DNA of 64,000 nt from Candidatus Gottesmanbacteria bacterium UBA6580. GTDB taxonomy: Bacteria; Patescibacteriota; Microgenomatia; UBA10105; UBA927. This document shows, piece by piece, positions 50,654 through 61,523 of this stretch. The stretch is from the NCBI GenBank assembly GCA_002433895.1, contig DJJA01000003.1:9950-73949 (forward strand). Direction: 5' to 3'. Under the pieces are notes generated by a model. That model was not told the DNA's origin, ran no database searches, and saw nothing but the letters and a program-made list of their open reading frames with translations. Position numbers and translations under genes: made by a program. How positions within the stretch are numbered: position 1 is the first letter of the stretch; every line of letters begins with the position of its first letter.

Positions 50654-51073
50654 CTAGGCGTCCAGTGCTTGATTTACAAAAAAGTCAGCACGGGAATTCT
50701 GCTCCCGGGGAACTGCCGCATACTGGATCTGCCCGCCAACTTGCTGCTCCAAAACACGGACGCGCATAAGTAGCTCACGCAGATGAGGCTGCTTAATCTT
50801 AAACAAGCCATTCAGCTGGTTAACCACAAGGGTTGAGTCCAGAAAAAAAGAAATTGATTGCACACTTCCCCGCTCTCGCATTTCGGGGCGCAACAAAAAA
50901 TTCAACGCCTCAATGACCGCCTGGTACTCAGCAGTGTTATTGGTCGTTTCTCCAATAGTTTTACCAAACTCGGCAACGACCTTGCCGTCACGTTCATCTT
51001 CGATAACTACACCAATAGCGGCTGGTCCAGGATTACCCCGCGCACCACCATCGGTATGTATGATGTATTTCAT
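50654..51073 (-). CDS. rnhA: Ribonuclease HI family protein
   Basis: TDGGARGNPGPA, TNNTAEY, DSTLVVNQ, PREQNSRAD. Confidence 0.92.
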   Translation of the reverse strand: MKYIIHTDGGARGNPGPAAIGVVIEDERDGKVVAEFGKTIGETTNNTAEYQAVIEALNFLLRPEMRERGSVQSISFFLDSTLVVNQLNGLFKIKQPHLRELLMRVRVLEQQVGGQIQYAAVPREQNSRADFFVNQALDA

Positions 51074-51076
51074 AGG

Positions 51077-52375
51077 TTATGTTTTTATCGAGTTGCGGTA
51101 TTTGACTAACGCAATTATACCGGTTGAAACCAAAACAAAAAACTCCGAAGATATCGTTATCCAAGCGGCAGCATGCATACCGTAGCTCGGAATAAATATT
51201 GCGTTACAAAAAATATTTCCAATCATCGCAATACCGTGAACGACAAGTAACACCCGTTGCATTTTCCGGGCGATAAGAAACCACATAAATAATGCGGATA
51301 CAAAAAAAATGGGTAAACCGAGAATGAGAATTCGCAGCGGCGCGATGCTATCTGCAAAATCAGGCCGGACCAGGGTTACCAGTGGGGCAGTCACCCATAT
51401 GCCAACCGCCAAGATCACCGAACTAAAAAGTAAAAACTGCAAAGACCGGATAAAAATATTCCTGTCTTGGGAGCCCTGCTGTTTACCGTTTTTCAAAAGA
51501 AGTGGATATACCGCGTTCATGAAAAAAATTGGCACCACCAAGGGAAGCTCAAACACTTTATACGCAAGACCATAAATTCCTACCTCACGTGTTGTTCGTG
51601 TGAGTGTAAGCACCACACTGTCTGAGTGAAAATAAATAAGATTGAAAATAAGCGCAAGACCTAAAGGCGTTCCATCACGCAAATAGGAAGCAAACGCGGA
51701 AAAAGAAATTTTTGGCAATATACTTCCCAAGTGCCCCCGTACTAGCTTGAGCGCAAGCAATGCCGTAATGACGCTGCCAGCGATAACAGAAAATACCCCC
51801 AAAAAAGAGCCGCTGATTGAGGTCCAGTAGGAGAGCGACATCACTACTGTTAACATCGCCAACGAACCTGCGTTTTGCGCAACAGTTGAAAGGTCATACC
51901 GGAGGATTTTCTGAAAAAATGCATTTGTCGTGGTGGTCACCGCCTGGGCAAAAATAACCGGAATAAGTATCACAATGCCGAGGCGCACAAGTTCGGTATA
52001 TCCCTGACTAAGGCCGGGTGGGAGGAGGGATAAGATTGCAAGCGCAACGGCAATCAGCACCAAGCTCATGATTAACCGAAGTCCCAAGAGAAGCCGCCAA
52101 TCATTGCCGACGCTCGGTCTGGATATTTTTTCTTCGCCAGCTGTTCGCTGAAGATATACCGCGTTTAACCCAAAATCTGCTATCAAGTAAAAAAAGCTTA
52201 CGTAGGTGGTAATTTTAACAAAGTCCCCATACCCCTCAGGACCGTAGCGTTTTGCGATAAGCAAACTTACAATCACCACAGCCACTGAACTAATAACTCG
52301 CCCAATCAGCTGACTAAGCGTATTACCAGCTACAATTCGACGCAACGAACCCCGGGGAAGCCAATCGTGTAACAT
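51077..52375 (-). CDS. Wzx-type polysaccharide flippase
   Basis: About 12 TMs, ADFGL, VGIYGLAYK, IPSYGMHAAAW. Confidence 0.88.
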   Translation of the reverse strand: MLHDWLPRGSLRRIVAGNTLSQLIGRVISSVAVVIVSLLIAKRYGPEGYGDFVKITTYVSFFYLIADFGLNAVYLQRTAGEEKISRPSVGNDWRLLLGLRLIMSLVLIAVALAILSLLPPGLSQGYTELVRLGIVILIPVIFAQAVTTTTNAFFQKILRYDLSTVAQNAGSLAMLTVVMSLSYWTSISGSFLGVFSVIAGSVITALLALKLVRGHLGSILPKISFSAFASYLRDGTPLGLALIFNLIYFHSDSVVLTLTRTTREVGIYGLAYKVFELPLVVPIFFMNAVYPLLLKNGKQQGSQDRNIFIRSLQFLLFSSVILAVGIWVTAPLVTLVRPDFADSIAPLRILILGLPIFFVSALFMWFLIARKMQRVLLVVHGIAMIGNIFCNAIFIPSYGMHAAAWITISSEFFVLVSTGIIALVKYRNSIKT

Positions 52376-52402
52376 GGGGCAATTGTAGCATGTTTATACT
52401 TT

Positions 52403-53695
52403 TTACCTCTTTAAAATTAATCCAAGAAGAACTACTGACCACAGTTGTCCCTGCTGCAGCGTGACGGGGTAGTGATCAATACTGCCTATTACGAGGAAAT
52501 ATCCACATGCAGCAAACCAGAGGGGGATTGTACCGCGGTAGAACCGGGCACTCTTTATCATATACCAAAAGAAAATAATGATACCTGCAATACCCGCAAC
52601 ACCAACTTCTGCTAATGCTAATAGAAAAATATTATGCGCCGGTTGGATAAAATTTATATACCTGCTGACATCACTTTCCGGCAGCACTATCATGAAATTA
52701 CCTAGTCCTTTTCCAAAAACAGGGGATACGCGCCACATATCCACTGCCGCACGGTTTAATTCAATTCTTCTCACCACGCTTTCACTGGTAGCTGACGGGG
52801 CAAAAATAATACTTAACCAAGTTATGCCGGTAACGATCAGCAGCAGCACTATGGTCACACTGCGAGCCACATGCTCACGTGTGCCGAAGTGTTTACCAGA
52901 AAGAAATAAAATCACCACTGTCAGCAGCCCGAGACCACCAACTATCCATGCGCTTCTGCTAAACGTTATAAGCAGCGCCACCAATCCCAACAGGAGCACC
53001 ACCCAATAATATACACGCTGCACCAGTGTACGTATAGTTAACGTATTTGTCAGAACCATAAATAAAATAACCGGTAACACTGTTGCCAAAAACCCTCCGA
53101 GAACATTTGGGTGGGAAAATGTAGCGTATGGGCGAAGCAACAACATACACGGTGAATGTTCTAATAAACAAAAATCGAACCGGGAAATCCCTGGAGTATC
53201 CAAAGAAAATGTCCGTTCACCCAAAACCCAAAAAAATCCACCAACTGAACGTTGTACCACAAACTGCATAATCGCGAGAACTGATGTGTACAACACACCA
53301 AGCGATATATATGGGATAACCGTAGCTCCCTTTTGTTTCGTGCTGATGATATACCACCCTAATAATATAAATTCCAACAATTTTATCCACTTATACACCG
53401 CCACGGGCTGACTCGCGGCGAGCAAAACATTTACAATGACAAATCCCGTGGCAAGTAATATATACCCGGAGGGCATAACTACATTTTTTTTACTACGGGG
53501 AGCATTATGAAAGGCGCGGTCTTTGAGCCAAAAAAGAATAACAAGGAACAGTACGATGTCAGTAATAAACAATGTGGGGGAGAGATAATCAATTCTTCTG
53601 CCTAAGACATATGCCCAGTCCGGCCATAGATGTAATCCAAATTGTGTTGGAATAAGAACAAGCAGCAAGTAAAATAGCCGCTGATGAATAGTCAT
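52403..53695 (-). CDS. O-antigen ligase (Wzy_C) family protein
   Basis: RPYATFSHPN, TFSRSAW, GKGLGNF, HNIFL. Confidence 0.88.
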   Translation of the reverse strand: MTIHQRLFYLLLVLIPTQFGLHLWPDWAYVLGRRIDYLSPTLFITDIVLFLVILFWLKDRAFHNAPRSKKNVVMPSGYILLATGFVIVNVLLAASQPVAVYKWIKLLEFILLGWYIISTKQKGATVIPYISLGVLYTSVLAIMQFVVQRSVGGFFWVLGERTFSLDTPGISRFDFCLLEHSPCMLLLRPYATFSHPNVLGGFLATVLPVILFMVLTNTLTIRTLVQRVYYWVVLLLGLVALLITFSRSAWIVGGLGLLTVVILFLSGKHFGTREHVARSVTIVLLLIVTGITWLSIIFAPSATSESVVRRIELNRAAVDMWRVSPVFGKGLGNFMIVLPESDVSRYINFIQPAHNIFLLALAEVGVAGIAGIIIFFWYMIKSARFYRGTIPLWFAACGYFLVIGSIDHYPVTLQQGQLWSVVLLGLILKR

Positions 53696-53719
53696 TAGCG
53701 CTATTATAACCCGAGGCGG

Positions 53720-54169
53720 TTATTTTGGCTTCACAAGGAGTATCCGGTCATCACCTTCACCCATGGATTCTGTTTCTATGCGGTCATCACCTGATAGCGT
53801 CAGATGAATAATACGCCGTTCTGCCGGAGTTAACCGCGAAAGCTCGACAGGCCTACCCAACGCAAGCGCTCTGTCCGCTGCCCGCTGCGCCATGTGCATA
53901 AGTGTTTCTTCACGTTTTTCACGGTAATCTCCTACGTTTACGTACGCTTTTACCCACCGTCCAAGTGACTTAGAAACCATGATACCTAAAATAAGCTGAA
54001 GACTTTCCAGCGTTTTTCCATGATGTCCGATAAGAAGACCGGTTTCTTCTGTTTCAATTCCCACCCGGAATGCTCCGGTCTCATCGGTGGTTACGGTAAC
54101 CGACCCTGCAATTTCCAGCTTACCCAACAGATCCTCAACAATTTGCTGCACTGTTTGTATGTCTTCCAT
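53720..54169 (-). CDS. jag: Jag/KhpB RNA-binding protein (KH + R3H, lacking Jag-N)
   Basis: LIGHHGKTL, ERRIIH; follows yidC. Confidence 0.9.
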   Translation of the reverse strand: MEDIQTVQQIVEDLLGKLEIAGSVTVTTDETGAFRVGIETEETGLLIGHHGKTLESLQLILGIMVSKSLGRWVKAYVNVGDYREKREETLMHMAQRAADRALALGRPVELSRLTPAERRIIHLTLSGDDRIETESMGEGDDRILLVKPK

Positions 54170-54178
54170 AAGTATTAA

Positions 54179-54979
54179 TTATTTCTCACGGTTCACCGCG
54201 AGTTGTTGCATGATACCAAAAACTCCGAATACGTTCCAGTAGAGCGCGAGTCCCAACGGAAACTGATATGCAAACATACCAAACATAATGGGGGTAATCA
54301 TCGCCATTTGTTTCTGCATTTCCATGGCGGTATCTTCCGGCTTTTTTTCTTCCTTGCCTTTCACCTCCAGCTGTTTACCGGTCGCCACTGTACTTTGCGG
54401 AAGCATTAGTTTACTCTGCCACCACTGCAGCGCCGCGGTAACGACGGGAATGAGCAACAACCATACACCATGTGTTTGCCACTCACTTGGTTTTACACCC
54501 AAATTAGATCCAAAAAATGAAAGATCCAATCCGGATAAATGAAGTGAGGATGTATAGAGCACCTTATTGAGATCTTCGACTAACTTCGCCATGTTTCCGT
54601 TTTGCAGCACCTGATAAAACACATTATAGAGAGCAATAAGCACCGGCAACTGGATAAGGAGGGGGAGACATCCTGCGGCGGGATTGACACCGTGAGATTT
54701 ATATAAATCAAGTTGCGCCTGTTGCAATGCCTTTTTATCATCTTTGTGCTTTGCATTTAATGCATCTAGGTGAGGCTTTAGCTGTTGCATTTTTTTGGCA
54801 GACTTCATTTGCGCTGCCATGAGAGGGTAGAGGATGAGGCGGATAACGATGGTAAGTGCAATGACCGCAAATCCCAACGGGCCGGGAATATGTAGCCATT
54901 CAAAAAATTTATAAAGGGCGACCAGTAAGTTTACGATTGGCCACACAAACAATTGATTCCAGAGTGTTGGGTTTGTCAT
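54179..54979 (-). CDS. yidC: Membrane insertase YidC
   Basis: [28 protein letters not shown]. Confidence 0.95.
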   Translation of the reverse strand: MTNPTLWNQLFVWPIVNLLVALYKFFEWLHIPGPLGFAVIALTIVIRLILYPLMAAQMKSAKKMQQLKPHLDALNAKHKDDKKALQQAQLDLYKSHGVNPAAGCLPLLIQLPVLIALYNVFYQVLQNGNMAKLVEDLNKVLYTSSLHLSGLDLSFFGSNLGVKPSEWQTHGVWLLLIPVVTAALQWWQSKLMLPQSTVATGKQLEVKGKEEKKPEDTAMEMQKQMAMITPIMFGMFAYQFPLGLALYWNVFGVFGIMQQLAVNREK

Positions 54980-55227
54980 ATATGAAATTTTTTCGGAACC
55001 GGATCAGCTCCTGCCGAGGCCCAGGGGTGACAACGGAGTATTCGCTTCAACCCTAACCAGGATCCTCGCATTATACCATACGCTTCGATCGCCTGATATG
55101 TGTACTCGCTACAGGTAGGCCGGTACCGGCACGCGCTGTCAACCAACCATAACGCTTTTAATAAACCGGTATCCGGCGAAAAATATTTCTGATAAAACCG
55201 GATAGCAGATAAAACAAATTGCTTCAT
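54976..55227 (-). CDS. yidD: Membrane protein insertion efficiency factor YidD
   Basis: [18 protein letters not shown]. Confidence 0.95.
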   Translation of the reverse strand: MKQFVLSAIRFYQKYFSPDTGLLKALWLVDSACRYRPTCSEYTYQAIEAYGIMRGSWLGLKRILRCHPWASAGADPVPKKFHI

Positions 55228-55254
55228 ATATCGCTTATAAAGCCACATCAATAA

Positions 55255-55587
55255 CTACCGTAAGACTCCGATTTTGACAAAAGCTTTCCGAAGGAGAACC
55301 TCAACAGTTTCACGTGAATTTCCCATACTTTGCCGCGCGACGATAACACAATCAACCCCTCGCACGAGCTCGGGGAGCATGCTGCGTACCGCTTCACGTA
55401 ATAATCGTTTTATTCTATTTCTTGCGGTTGCCCGTTTATCAACTTTTGCGGATACGACAAACCCGAAACGGAAACCATTTTCTTTTGGAATATACACCAC
55501 GTCAAATGACTGTTCATGTACCCGGGTGCCACGACGCAACAAAGGGGACACATCAACGGAAGGAAGTCGATTGATTGTGGGAAGCAT
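55255..55587 (-). CDS. rnpA: Ribonuclease P protein
   Basis: RFGFVVSAKV, ARNRIKRLLRE. Confidence 0.93.
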   Translation of the reverse strand: MLPTINRLPSVDVSPLLRRGTRVHEQSFDVVYIPKENGFRFGFVVSAKVDKRATARNRIKRLLREAVRSMLPELVRGVDCVIVARQSMGNSRETVEVLLRKAFVKIGVLR

Positions 55588-55595
55588 GCGCGAAA

Positions 55596-55733
55596 TTATA
55601 CCGTCAGTTTTTTGCGCCCGGTTGCCCTGCGGCGTTTCAAAACTTGCCGGCCTTTCACACTTTTCATGCGTTCACGAAATCCGTGTACCCGTTTTCTTTT
55701 GAGTTTTTTTGGCTGGTAGGTGCGTTTTGGCAT
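55596..55733 (-). CDS. rpmH: 50S ribosomal protein bL34
   Basis: Hand translation [23 protein letters not shown]...GRKKLTV, 45 aa, below the ORF track cutoff. Confidence 0.95.
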   Translation of the reverse strand: MPKRTYQPKKLKRKRVHGFRERMKSVKGRQVLKRRRATGRKKLTV

Positions 55734-55779
55734 AACCATAGTATACCGTAATTCCGGCTCCTAACACAAGGGTAGTGCT

Positions 55780-57156
55780 TCACCGGGGCGTCCCGAGTTC
55801 TCTCACTGCAGTTTTAAACTGGTTTCCACGGTCTTCGTAATCCCGGAACATATTATAGCTCGCGCTCGCGGGTGAAAGGAGGCATATTTTTCCTTGCGGG
55901 GTGTGTTTGTATGCCAGACGCACCGCCTCTTCCATAGAGCTCACTTCAAATTTTTGGATAGGATAGTCTTGTTGCACCTCGCCGATAGCTTCCCATATCT
56001 TTTTGCCTGTATCGGGAAATAATATAAGTGTTGGTACAAAATGACTCCGTAGATAGGCGCCGAGCTCTGTAAAATCTAAACTCCGGTCATATCCGCCGGC
56101 GAGCAGTGTTACCACATCAGGCCCCAGCGCTTCCAGTGCGTGCACGGTTGCCTGCGGGATAGTGGCAAGCGAATCATTATAAAATCTCACGCCCCGGTAC
56201 TCGCCGACATACTCGAGCCGGTGGGGAAGAGACTGAAATGGGGTAATCGCAGCGGCGATGGATATAACAGGCACGTCCATAAGATGAGCTACCGTGACCG
56301 CTGCGAGCACATTTTCTACGTTCCCCAAAAGCGGCACGTCCGCAAGATTTATAACCGGGGATTCTCCATCTGTTGCGTTCACCATAATAATGCTGCGTTG
56401 TATGTATGTCTGTAATTCGGAAGTTTTATCTGCCCCAAACCGGACGTGATTCGCAGCAGTTGTTTTTGCGATCTCCCGGACATATGTGTGTGTTGGGTTA
56501 TATACAAAGTAATCACCGGTACCTTGATGCCTCGTAATATTTCCTTTCGCGTTCACATAGCTCAAAAAATCAGGATAGTAATCCAAATGCTCAGAGACAA
56601 TGCCAAGCATGACGGCAATATGCGGACTATACCGGCAATCCAATAACTGGTGACTGGATAACTCAAGGACAAAAACCGTGTTTGCATCAGCTGTGCCCAA
56701 TGAATCGAGCATGGGCTCACCGATGTTACCCGCAAGCCGCACGTCTTTAATGGACGAAGATAAAATATGCGCGATCAAGCTGGACGTCGTACTTTTTCCC
56801 TTCGTGCCGGTAATACCTATTGTTGTACCGCGGACGAGGGAAAAAAAGATATTTGTTGCCGAAGTTACATGGCCACCCTTTTTAATATATTCAGATATTT
56901 CAGGTAAGTAAGGGGAAATGCCGGGGCTTCGCACCACCGTATCATATTCATCGAGATGAAATAAATAACCCTCACCGTTATAGACCGCTGCACCGTTATA
57001 TATCTCCCCGGTAGTTGACCCGGTCTCTACTCTTCTATCCGCAATACCAACTCTTATATCTGGATAGTGGGTCGTAAGCCACCGGTGGATGCTTTTTCCC
57101 TCCCGCCCATATCCCAAAATAAGCACAGACTTCCCCTTAATTTCTGGTGTTTTCAT
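55780..57156 (-). CDS. murD: UDP-MurNAc-L-Ala-glutamate ligase (MurD2 type)
   Basis: GYGREG, GTKGKSTT, ELSS, HLDY, HRLE, NDSLATIP, SPASAS. Confidence 0.92.
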   Translation of the reverse strand: MKTPEIKGKSVLILGYGREGKSIHRWLTTHYPDIRVGIADRRVETGSTTGEIYNGAAVYNGEGYLFHLDEYDTVVRSPGISPYLPEISEYIKKGGHVTSATNIFFSLVRGTTIGITGTKGKSTTSSLIAHILSSSIKDVRLAGNIGEPMLDSLGTADANTVFVLELSSHQLLDCRYSPHIAVMLGIVSEHLDYYPDFLSYVNAKGNITRHQGTGDYFVYNPTHTYVREIAKTTAANHVRFGADKTSELQTYIQRSIIMVNATDGESPVINLADVPLLGNVENVLAAVTVAHLMDVPVISIAAAITPFQSLPHRLEYVGEYRGVRFYNDSLATIPQATVHALEALGPDVVTLLAGGYDRSLDFTELGAYLRSHFVPTLILFPDTGKKIWEAIGEVQQDYPIQKFEVSSMEEAVRLAYKHTPQGKICLLSPASASYNMFRDYEDRGNQFKTAVRELGTPR

Positions 57157-57159
57157 AAT

Positions 57160-58545
57160 CTATAGGTCAAATGAATGTTCCTGCCATGCGGACTTAAGCA
57201 GTGACAAGTGTTCTGCGGGGAGATTATACGTATCGCCCCATTGCTCCAGAACAGTCTCCCGGAGGCTGGCAACTTCCCCGTCAGTTACGTGCATATCCGC
57301 ATACACCCGCAATAAACCCTCCGGAATATCTTTTGCTTCTTTTTTATACTTTTGCACACTTAACCACACCGCCAATCTCGCCTCATCGCGGGTACCCACG
57401 CACTCAAACGGCTTCACGGGGGTAAGCCCGACAAGTTCACGGATAAACCCGATAATCTCAGGGTGCACAAAAAAATCACTTCCAAATATGCGCGCTATAT
57501 CGGTAAATGATAAAAACGGAACAAGAACCAGATAGGTAAATGCGCACTTGGCACACATGCCGCACCACGCTCCTGTTTTGCTACCGACATTACAGCTCCG
57601 GAACAGGGGATAATACTGAGGGTATGTTGCGAACAATACTGCTATTTGCAGATCATTAAGCGGCCGGAGCAGGCTAAAATAAGCAGCAGACCCGGGTAAA
57701 AACTCAGCCACATACTGCCGGAAACTCTGTTCAAACCGAAAACTCTTGGAATATTGGTGATTAATCTCCATCCCGTGGAAAACGACATTGCCCTCATCAG
57801 CGCTTTTTTCATTTGCCACAATAACGTGCTCCTGGTTTGTCACCATTGCAACCGTTACTCCTAAAAATGCCAAATATGCAGAAAAGGGGGTATGACCGTT
57901 TAAGTATCCTTTCGCATTTAAATCGAGCAGTGTTGGGTCGATAGTGCGCTCTATTACAAGCGGCGCCTGGGAGGAAGACGCTTCCACCACCGCGAGTGCC
58001 GCTTTTGTGGGATTTACAATCATCGTGCGGAGCTTTCTACTGCCCTTTTTAAGTAACCCAAGGGCAACGGCTGAATCTTTGCCTCCCCCCACCAAAAAAA
58101 GATCACTTAAAGATGGAGATAGATTGTTGTTTCGCGCTAAATCAAATATTTGTGCATCTTTATCTGTGGTTGTGATAGTGAAAAAATTCTCGTGGGTAAA
58201 ATCTATGGAATTCCGGTAAAAAAATTCGCCTAGCCCATGAATAAATAAGTCATACCAAAACCGTACTTGTCCGGGTGATAACGGCTCGGCCTCCACCACA
58301 AACTCGGGCGGACAAGCAGCTTTCCAATAGCTTATTGCTTCAACCAGGCCCAGATGAAATGCGTACGGACGGAGCGTATCCACGTCAATGCTTCCATCAA
58401 TGGGGATGGTTACCCGTGGCCGAAATACGATATGAGGCTCGAGCAAAAACTCATGTTCGATGACAATAACGCCATCCAGTTTCGTGATGGAATATCTTTT
58501 ATAAACAAGCCGAGGATGATTAAGCCGCAGTTGTTCGAGCGTCAT
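57160..58545 (-). CDS. murL: UDP-MurNAc-L-Ala-L-Glu epimerase MurL
   Basis: GGGKDS, NGHTPFSA, NHQYSKS, WCGMCAKC, KPFECVG; directly upstream of murD. Confidence 0.85.
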   Translation of the reverse strand: MTLEQLRLNHPRLVYKRYSITKLDGVIVIEHEFLLEPHIVFRPRVTIPIDGSIDVDTLRPYAFHLGLVEAISYWKAACPPEFVVEAEPLSPGQVRFWYDLFIHGLGEFFYRNSIDFTHENFFTITTTDKDAQIFDLARNNNLSPSLSDLFLVGGGKDSAVALGLLKKGSRKLRTMIVNPTKAALAVVEASSSQAPLVIERTIDPTLLDLNAKGYLNGHTPFSAYLAFLGVTVAMVTNQEHVIVANEKSADEGNVVFHGMEINHQYSKSFRFEQSFRQYVAEFLPGSAAYFSLLRPLNDLQIAVLFATYPQYYPLFRSCNVGSKTGAWCGMCAKCAFTYLVLVPFLSFTDIARIFGSDFFVHPEIIGFIRELVGLTPVKPFECVGTRDEARLAVWLSVQKYKKEAKDIPEGLLRVYADMHVTDGEVASLRETVLEQWGDTYNLPAEHLSLLKSAWQEHSFDL

Positions 58546-58571
58546 GCCTTAGGTATTGTACCACTCCGGGA

Positions 58572-60200
58572 TTACGGAGCCACTTCCTGCCAGGTGACCG
58601 GCAGTTCTTTCATGGGGTCGGGCATAGTAAACAACAGCTGCGGATCGTAGATAAACAACTCAGCAGCGTGGGTGGTATTACCAGTGCCATACCCTTCTAA
58701 ATCACGCTGCAAAAGAAAGTCACCCGCTATAAACATGCCTTCGCCCACAAACCGGGCTGACGAAGCAGCAGTAGAAGTGCCGGTGTCAAAAGTGCCGGTA
58801 GGGGAAGTAATGTAGATACCCTGAAGCACGGGGGTTTGCGAGTTGTATGCTGTCCCGACTGCTGAATCTACCGCAATATCTCCATTGACAATAAATGCCA
58901 CGAAACCGGTCCCGGTAGTTGTAATGCTGCCGCCGATGGTGACATTACCGTCAACAATAAACACCACGGACTCGCCATCTCCCACCACCCAGTCACCAGC
59001 TGTAGTCATATCGCCCACGACATAATAGGGTGTTTCACTTGAGGTGGGTTTGTCGACCGCCAGCAAATCAGCAAACGCGTATGGCGTAGCCGGGGAACCA
59101 AAACGGCGATAGAAATAGTCGTAGTAATCAACCGTGGTGCGCGGCGCATAGGCAAGCCAATTGGTGGAAGATACATTGGTATTTCCCTGACCTGTCAATG
59201 CACTGTCAAAATCATAACTCGTACCGTACGCAACCACTCCGGGATACCCTCCTGTGCCATCTCGTACTACGACCGGGGTCGACGCGCCTGGCTGCACATA
59301 CGACCGGAGGATAGCTGATGCGTATACGTCACCTCCCTCAGCTTGAAACCATGGAGTACCTAACGAATATCCCACTGTCCAAATAAGTGTCGATCCGTCA
59401 ACCGTAAGTGATGCGGCGGTACCCGTACCACTTCCTGCCGGATTATCACGATTCCAACAGGCAAGCCGTTGAACATATTGGCTGGAAGCAGAGGGTACAA
59501 GATAAAAAACTGACCCGGATGCGCCCATCGGCACATTCGTCCATGATGAATAACTGCCATCACCGGCATTATTGCGCGTCGTGCCCGGCGGGGTTAACGA
59601 AAACGATGCGGGAATATACGTCGTGCTGCTATTTACATCTGCACAACTCGTCGCGTCTGATGGCACGAGTACCGCACGGGCGTTCACATTGCCGGTTATT
59701 GTACACGCACCACAATCAGACACGCATGTAGTGCATGTTTCGGTTCCATTGCATGCCAAATCACCGCAATAAGGCCCCGCTGTATCATCACCACCACCGG
59801 TATCGTCACCTCCGGTGCCTCCGCCGGTAGGGGGTGCAGCAGAACCACATGTGCCCGTTACGGCACCATCACATATGGTTGCTCCTGCACTCGTTGTATT
59901 ACAGCAAGTAACCACACCGCTCGTACCGGTCGTCCCATTCGGACACACATATTGATATGAGGTTTCCAGTATCCAGCCATCATACGTACCACACCCGCCA
60001 TAATCATCTTCATATGCCGTTCCGGTCCATATCATCTTCGGATAATCAGCGGTACAACTATATCGTGTTCCCCACACCCATGTATCGGTAGATCCGGTAA
60101 CTACAGCGCCAGTACAAACCTGTGTTTGCGCATACACCGTTGGCGTCGCTGATACGAAGAACAACAACAAAGCGATAATGGCGATAAATAGCTTCTTCAT
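58572..60200 (-). CDS. Secreted Cys/Thr/Gly-rich surface protein
   Basis: Signal peptide MKKLFIAII...VYA, CGDLACNGTETCTTCVSDCGAC module, C-terminal beta-rich domain ending WQEVAP. Confidence 0.8.
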   Translation of the reverse strand: MKKLFIAIIALLLFFVSATPTVYAQTQVCTGAVVTGSTDTWVWGTRYSCTADYPKMIWTGTAYEDDYGGCGTYDGWILETSYQYVCPNGTTGTSGVVTCCNTTSAGATICDGAVTGTCGSAAPPTGGGTGGDDTGGGDDTAGPYCGDLACNGTETCTTCVSDCGACTITGNVNARAVLVPSDATSCADVNSSTTYIPASFSLTPPGTTRNNAGDGSYSSWTNVPMGASGSVFYLVPSASSQYVQRLACWNRDNPAGSGTGTAASLTVDGSTLIWTVGYSLGTPWFQAEGGDVYASAILRSYVQPGASTPVVVRDGTGGYPGVVAYGTSYDFDSALTGQGNTNVSSTNWLAYAPRTTVDYYDYFYRRFGSPATPYAFADLLAVDKPTSSETPYYVVGDMTTAGDWVVGDGESVVFIVDGNVTIGGSITTTGTGFVAFIVNGDIAVDSAVGTAYNSQTPVLQGIYITSPTGTFDTGTSTAASSARFVGEGMFIAGDFLLQRDLEGYGTGNTTHAAELFIYDPQLLFTMPDPMKELPVTWQEVAP

Positions 60201-60868
60201 AATTTTTCTTCGACGACAAACGGCCACGGGAAAATATTTCCCTGCAGGTAATCGCGTATATCTCTCACTATATCAATATCTCTGGCAGATCCAACACTAT
60301 CCTTTTCCTTAAAAGACGCGTTGTACATAATCATTGACACAAGTTGGATAAACTTTTGCCCGAGTTCGTCCTTGCCGAAATTTTTGTCTTTTGCAATATC
60401 AGCAACATTGAGATACACCGATATGATGAGTGTATCTCCTTCAATTGCATATTCCGCGCTTCCGGTACGGCGCACCGGCTCAAACGGACGCATTTCGGGC
60501 ATAAGGGAAGTCAATGGGAAATTAACATGTTCCACCAAGCGAAACGTTATGGATGTAATTGTCCGCCGGTTGAGACTGCTTTTGTCGATATGATAAATTG
60601 GATCAATCACGCCCTGATCATTAAATAACTGTAGTTTTGTCGTTAACCATTCAAGATACGCAGTGTCGACAAGACGTAAATCATAATCGGGAACAATGGA
60701 TTCGACTTTATATTTTTGTGAAATTACTGAGTTTGGCGCTCCGAATAAAGACTGAACGAAGCGCAAAAATGGAGGATATCGGTACGCGGCAATACCAAGG
60801 GGGATCAGCAAAACCAACACCGCCCCAACCATAAGGGCAACTTTGGTCGATCGGGTTAATTGCGTCAT
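60197..60868 (-). CDS. Membrane-anchored hypothetical protein
   Basis: N-terminal TM after ATG 60868 (SD GGAG); ATGA overlap with the next gene. Confidence 0.7.
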   Translation of the reverse strand: MTQLTRSTKVALMVGAVLVLLIPLGIAAYRYPPFLRFVQSLFGAPNSVISQKYKVESIVPDYDLRLVDTAYLEWLTTKLQLFNDQGVIDPIYHIDKSSLNRRTITSITFRLVEHVNFPLTSLMPEMRPFEPVRRTGSAEYAIEGDTLIISVYLNVADIAKDKNFGKDELGQKFIQLVSMIMYNASFKEKDSVGSARDIDIVRDIRDYLQGNIFPWPFVVEEKL

Positions 60869-60944
60869 AATTACTCCACTTATATAGAGCGTAGTATAAT
60901 AAGAAGTGAAACACAATAGTGCAGCAAGACGGCAGATATTTACT

Positions 60945-61346
60945 ATGAAAAAAATCGAATTCGGGAAAATTAGGAAAATCACGAAGGATATCATCCGCGG
61001 GGGAACTGCACTTGTTATTATGTTTGGGCTTTCAGGAAGTGCGCCGCGGGGTAGGTGTGTTTCTTTTTGGGAAGCAGCCAACATCGACTATACACCGGCG
61101 GTATGGAACGATGACGCCAGACTGTTTGAATCCGTATTCCGCCAAAAATCCAAACGGGGGGAAAGGGGATGGGTTTATGATATCGATAGAACCGGTAACA
61201 CCCGTCATCCGATCATTGTTTTTCCCATAGGCGCGGACGTTGCCGGCTATAGTGATACGACCACAATGCGCCGCGTCAGACTTCCTGACGGGACATTCAT
61301 AGATTCATACACCACGGAATATTGCCCCGTCGGCAACAGTCAATAA
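60945..61346 (+). CDS. Hypothetical protein
   Basis: About 133 aa ORF with basic N-terminus and hydrophobic stretch; no motif recognised. Confidence 0.5.
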   Translation: MKKIEFGKIRKITKDIIRGGTALVIMFGLSGSAPRGRCVSFWEAANIDYTPAVWNDDARLFESVFRQKSKRGERGWVYDIDRTGNTRHPIIVFPIGADVAGYSDTTTMRRVRLPDGTFIDSYTTEYCPVGNSQ

Positions 61347-61466
61347 TTACGTTGCACTCCACGAAAAACCCCACGGTCATATAATCCGTGTTCACAAAAC
61401 AAACTGCATCTATTACACTTTTCCAATCGGGAGTTGTAATTAAAAGAAGCCCTTGATGAAAAAGAT

Positions 61467-61504
61467 GCCAGTGCCGAGCCCGTAAACGGGTTATCGGCAC
61501 TGGC
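61467..61504. terminator. Long hairpin, probable terminator between convergent genes
   Basis: GCCAGTGCCGA...TCGGCACTGGC inverted repeat. Confidence 0.6.
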
Positions 61505-61523
61505 CAGTGTTACCTCAGCGAGG

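Noticed and set aside
55734-55779. oriC next to rpmH
   Set aside because: The gap is only about 45 nt, with no dnaA and no DnaA-box cluster.
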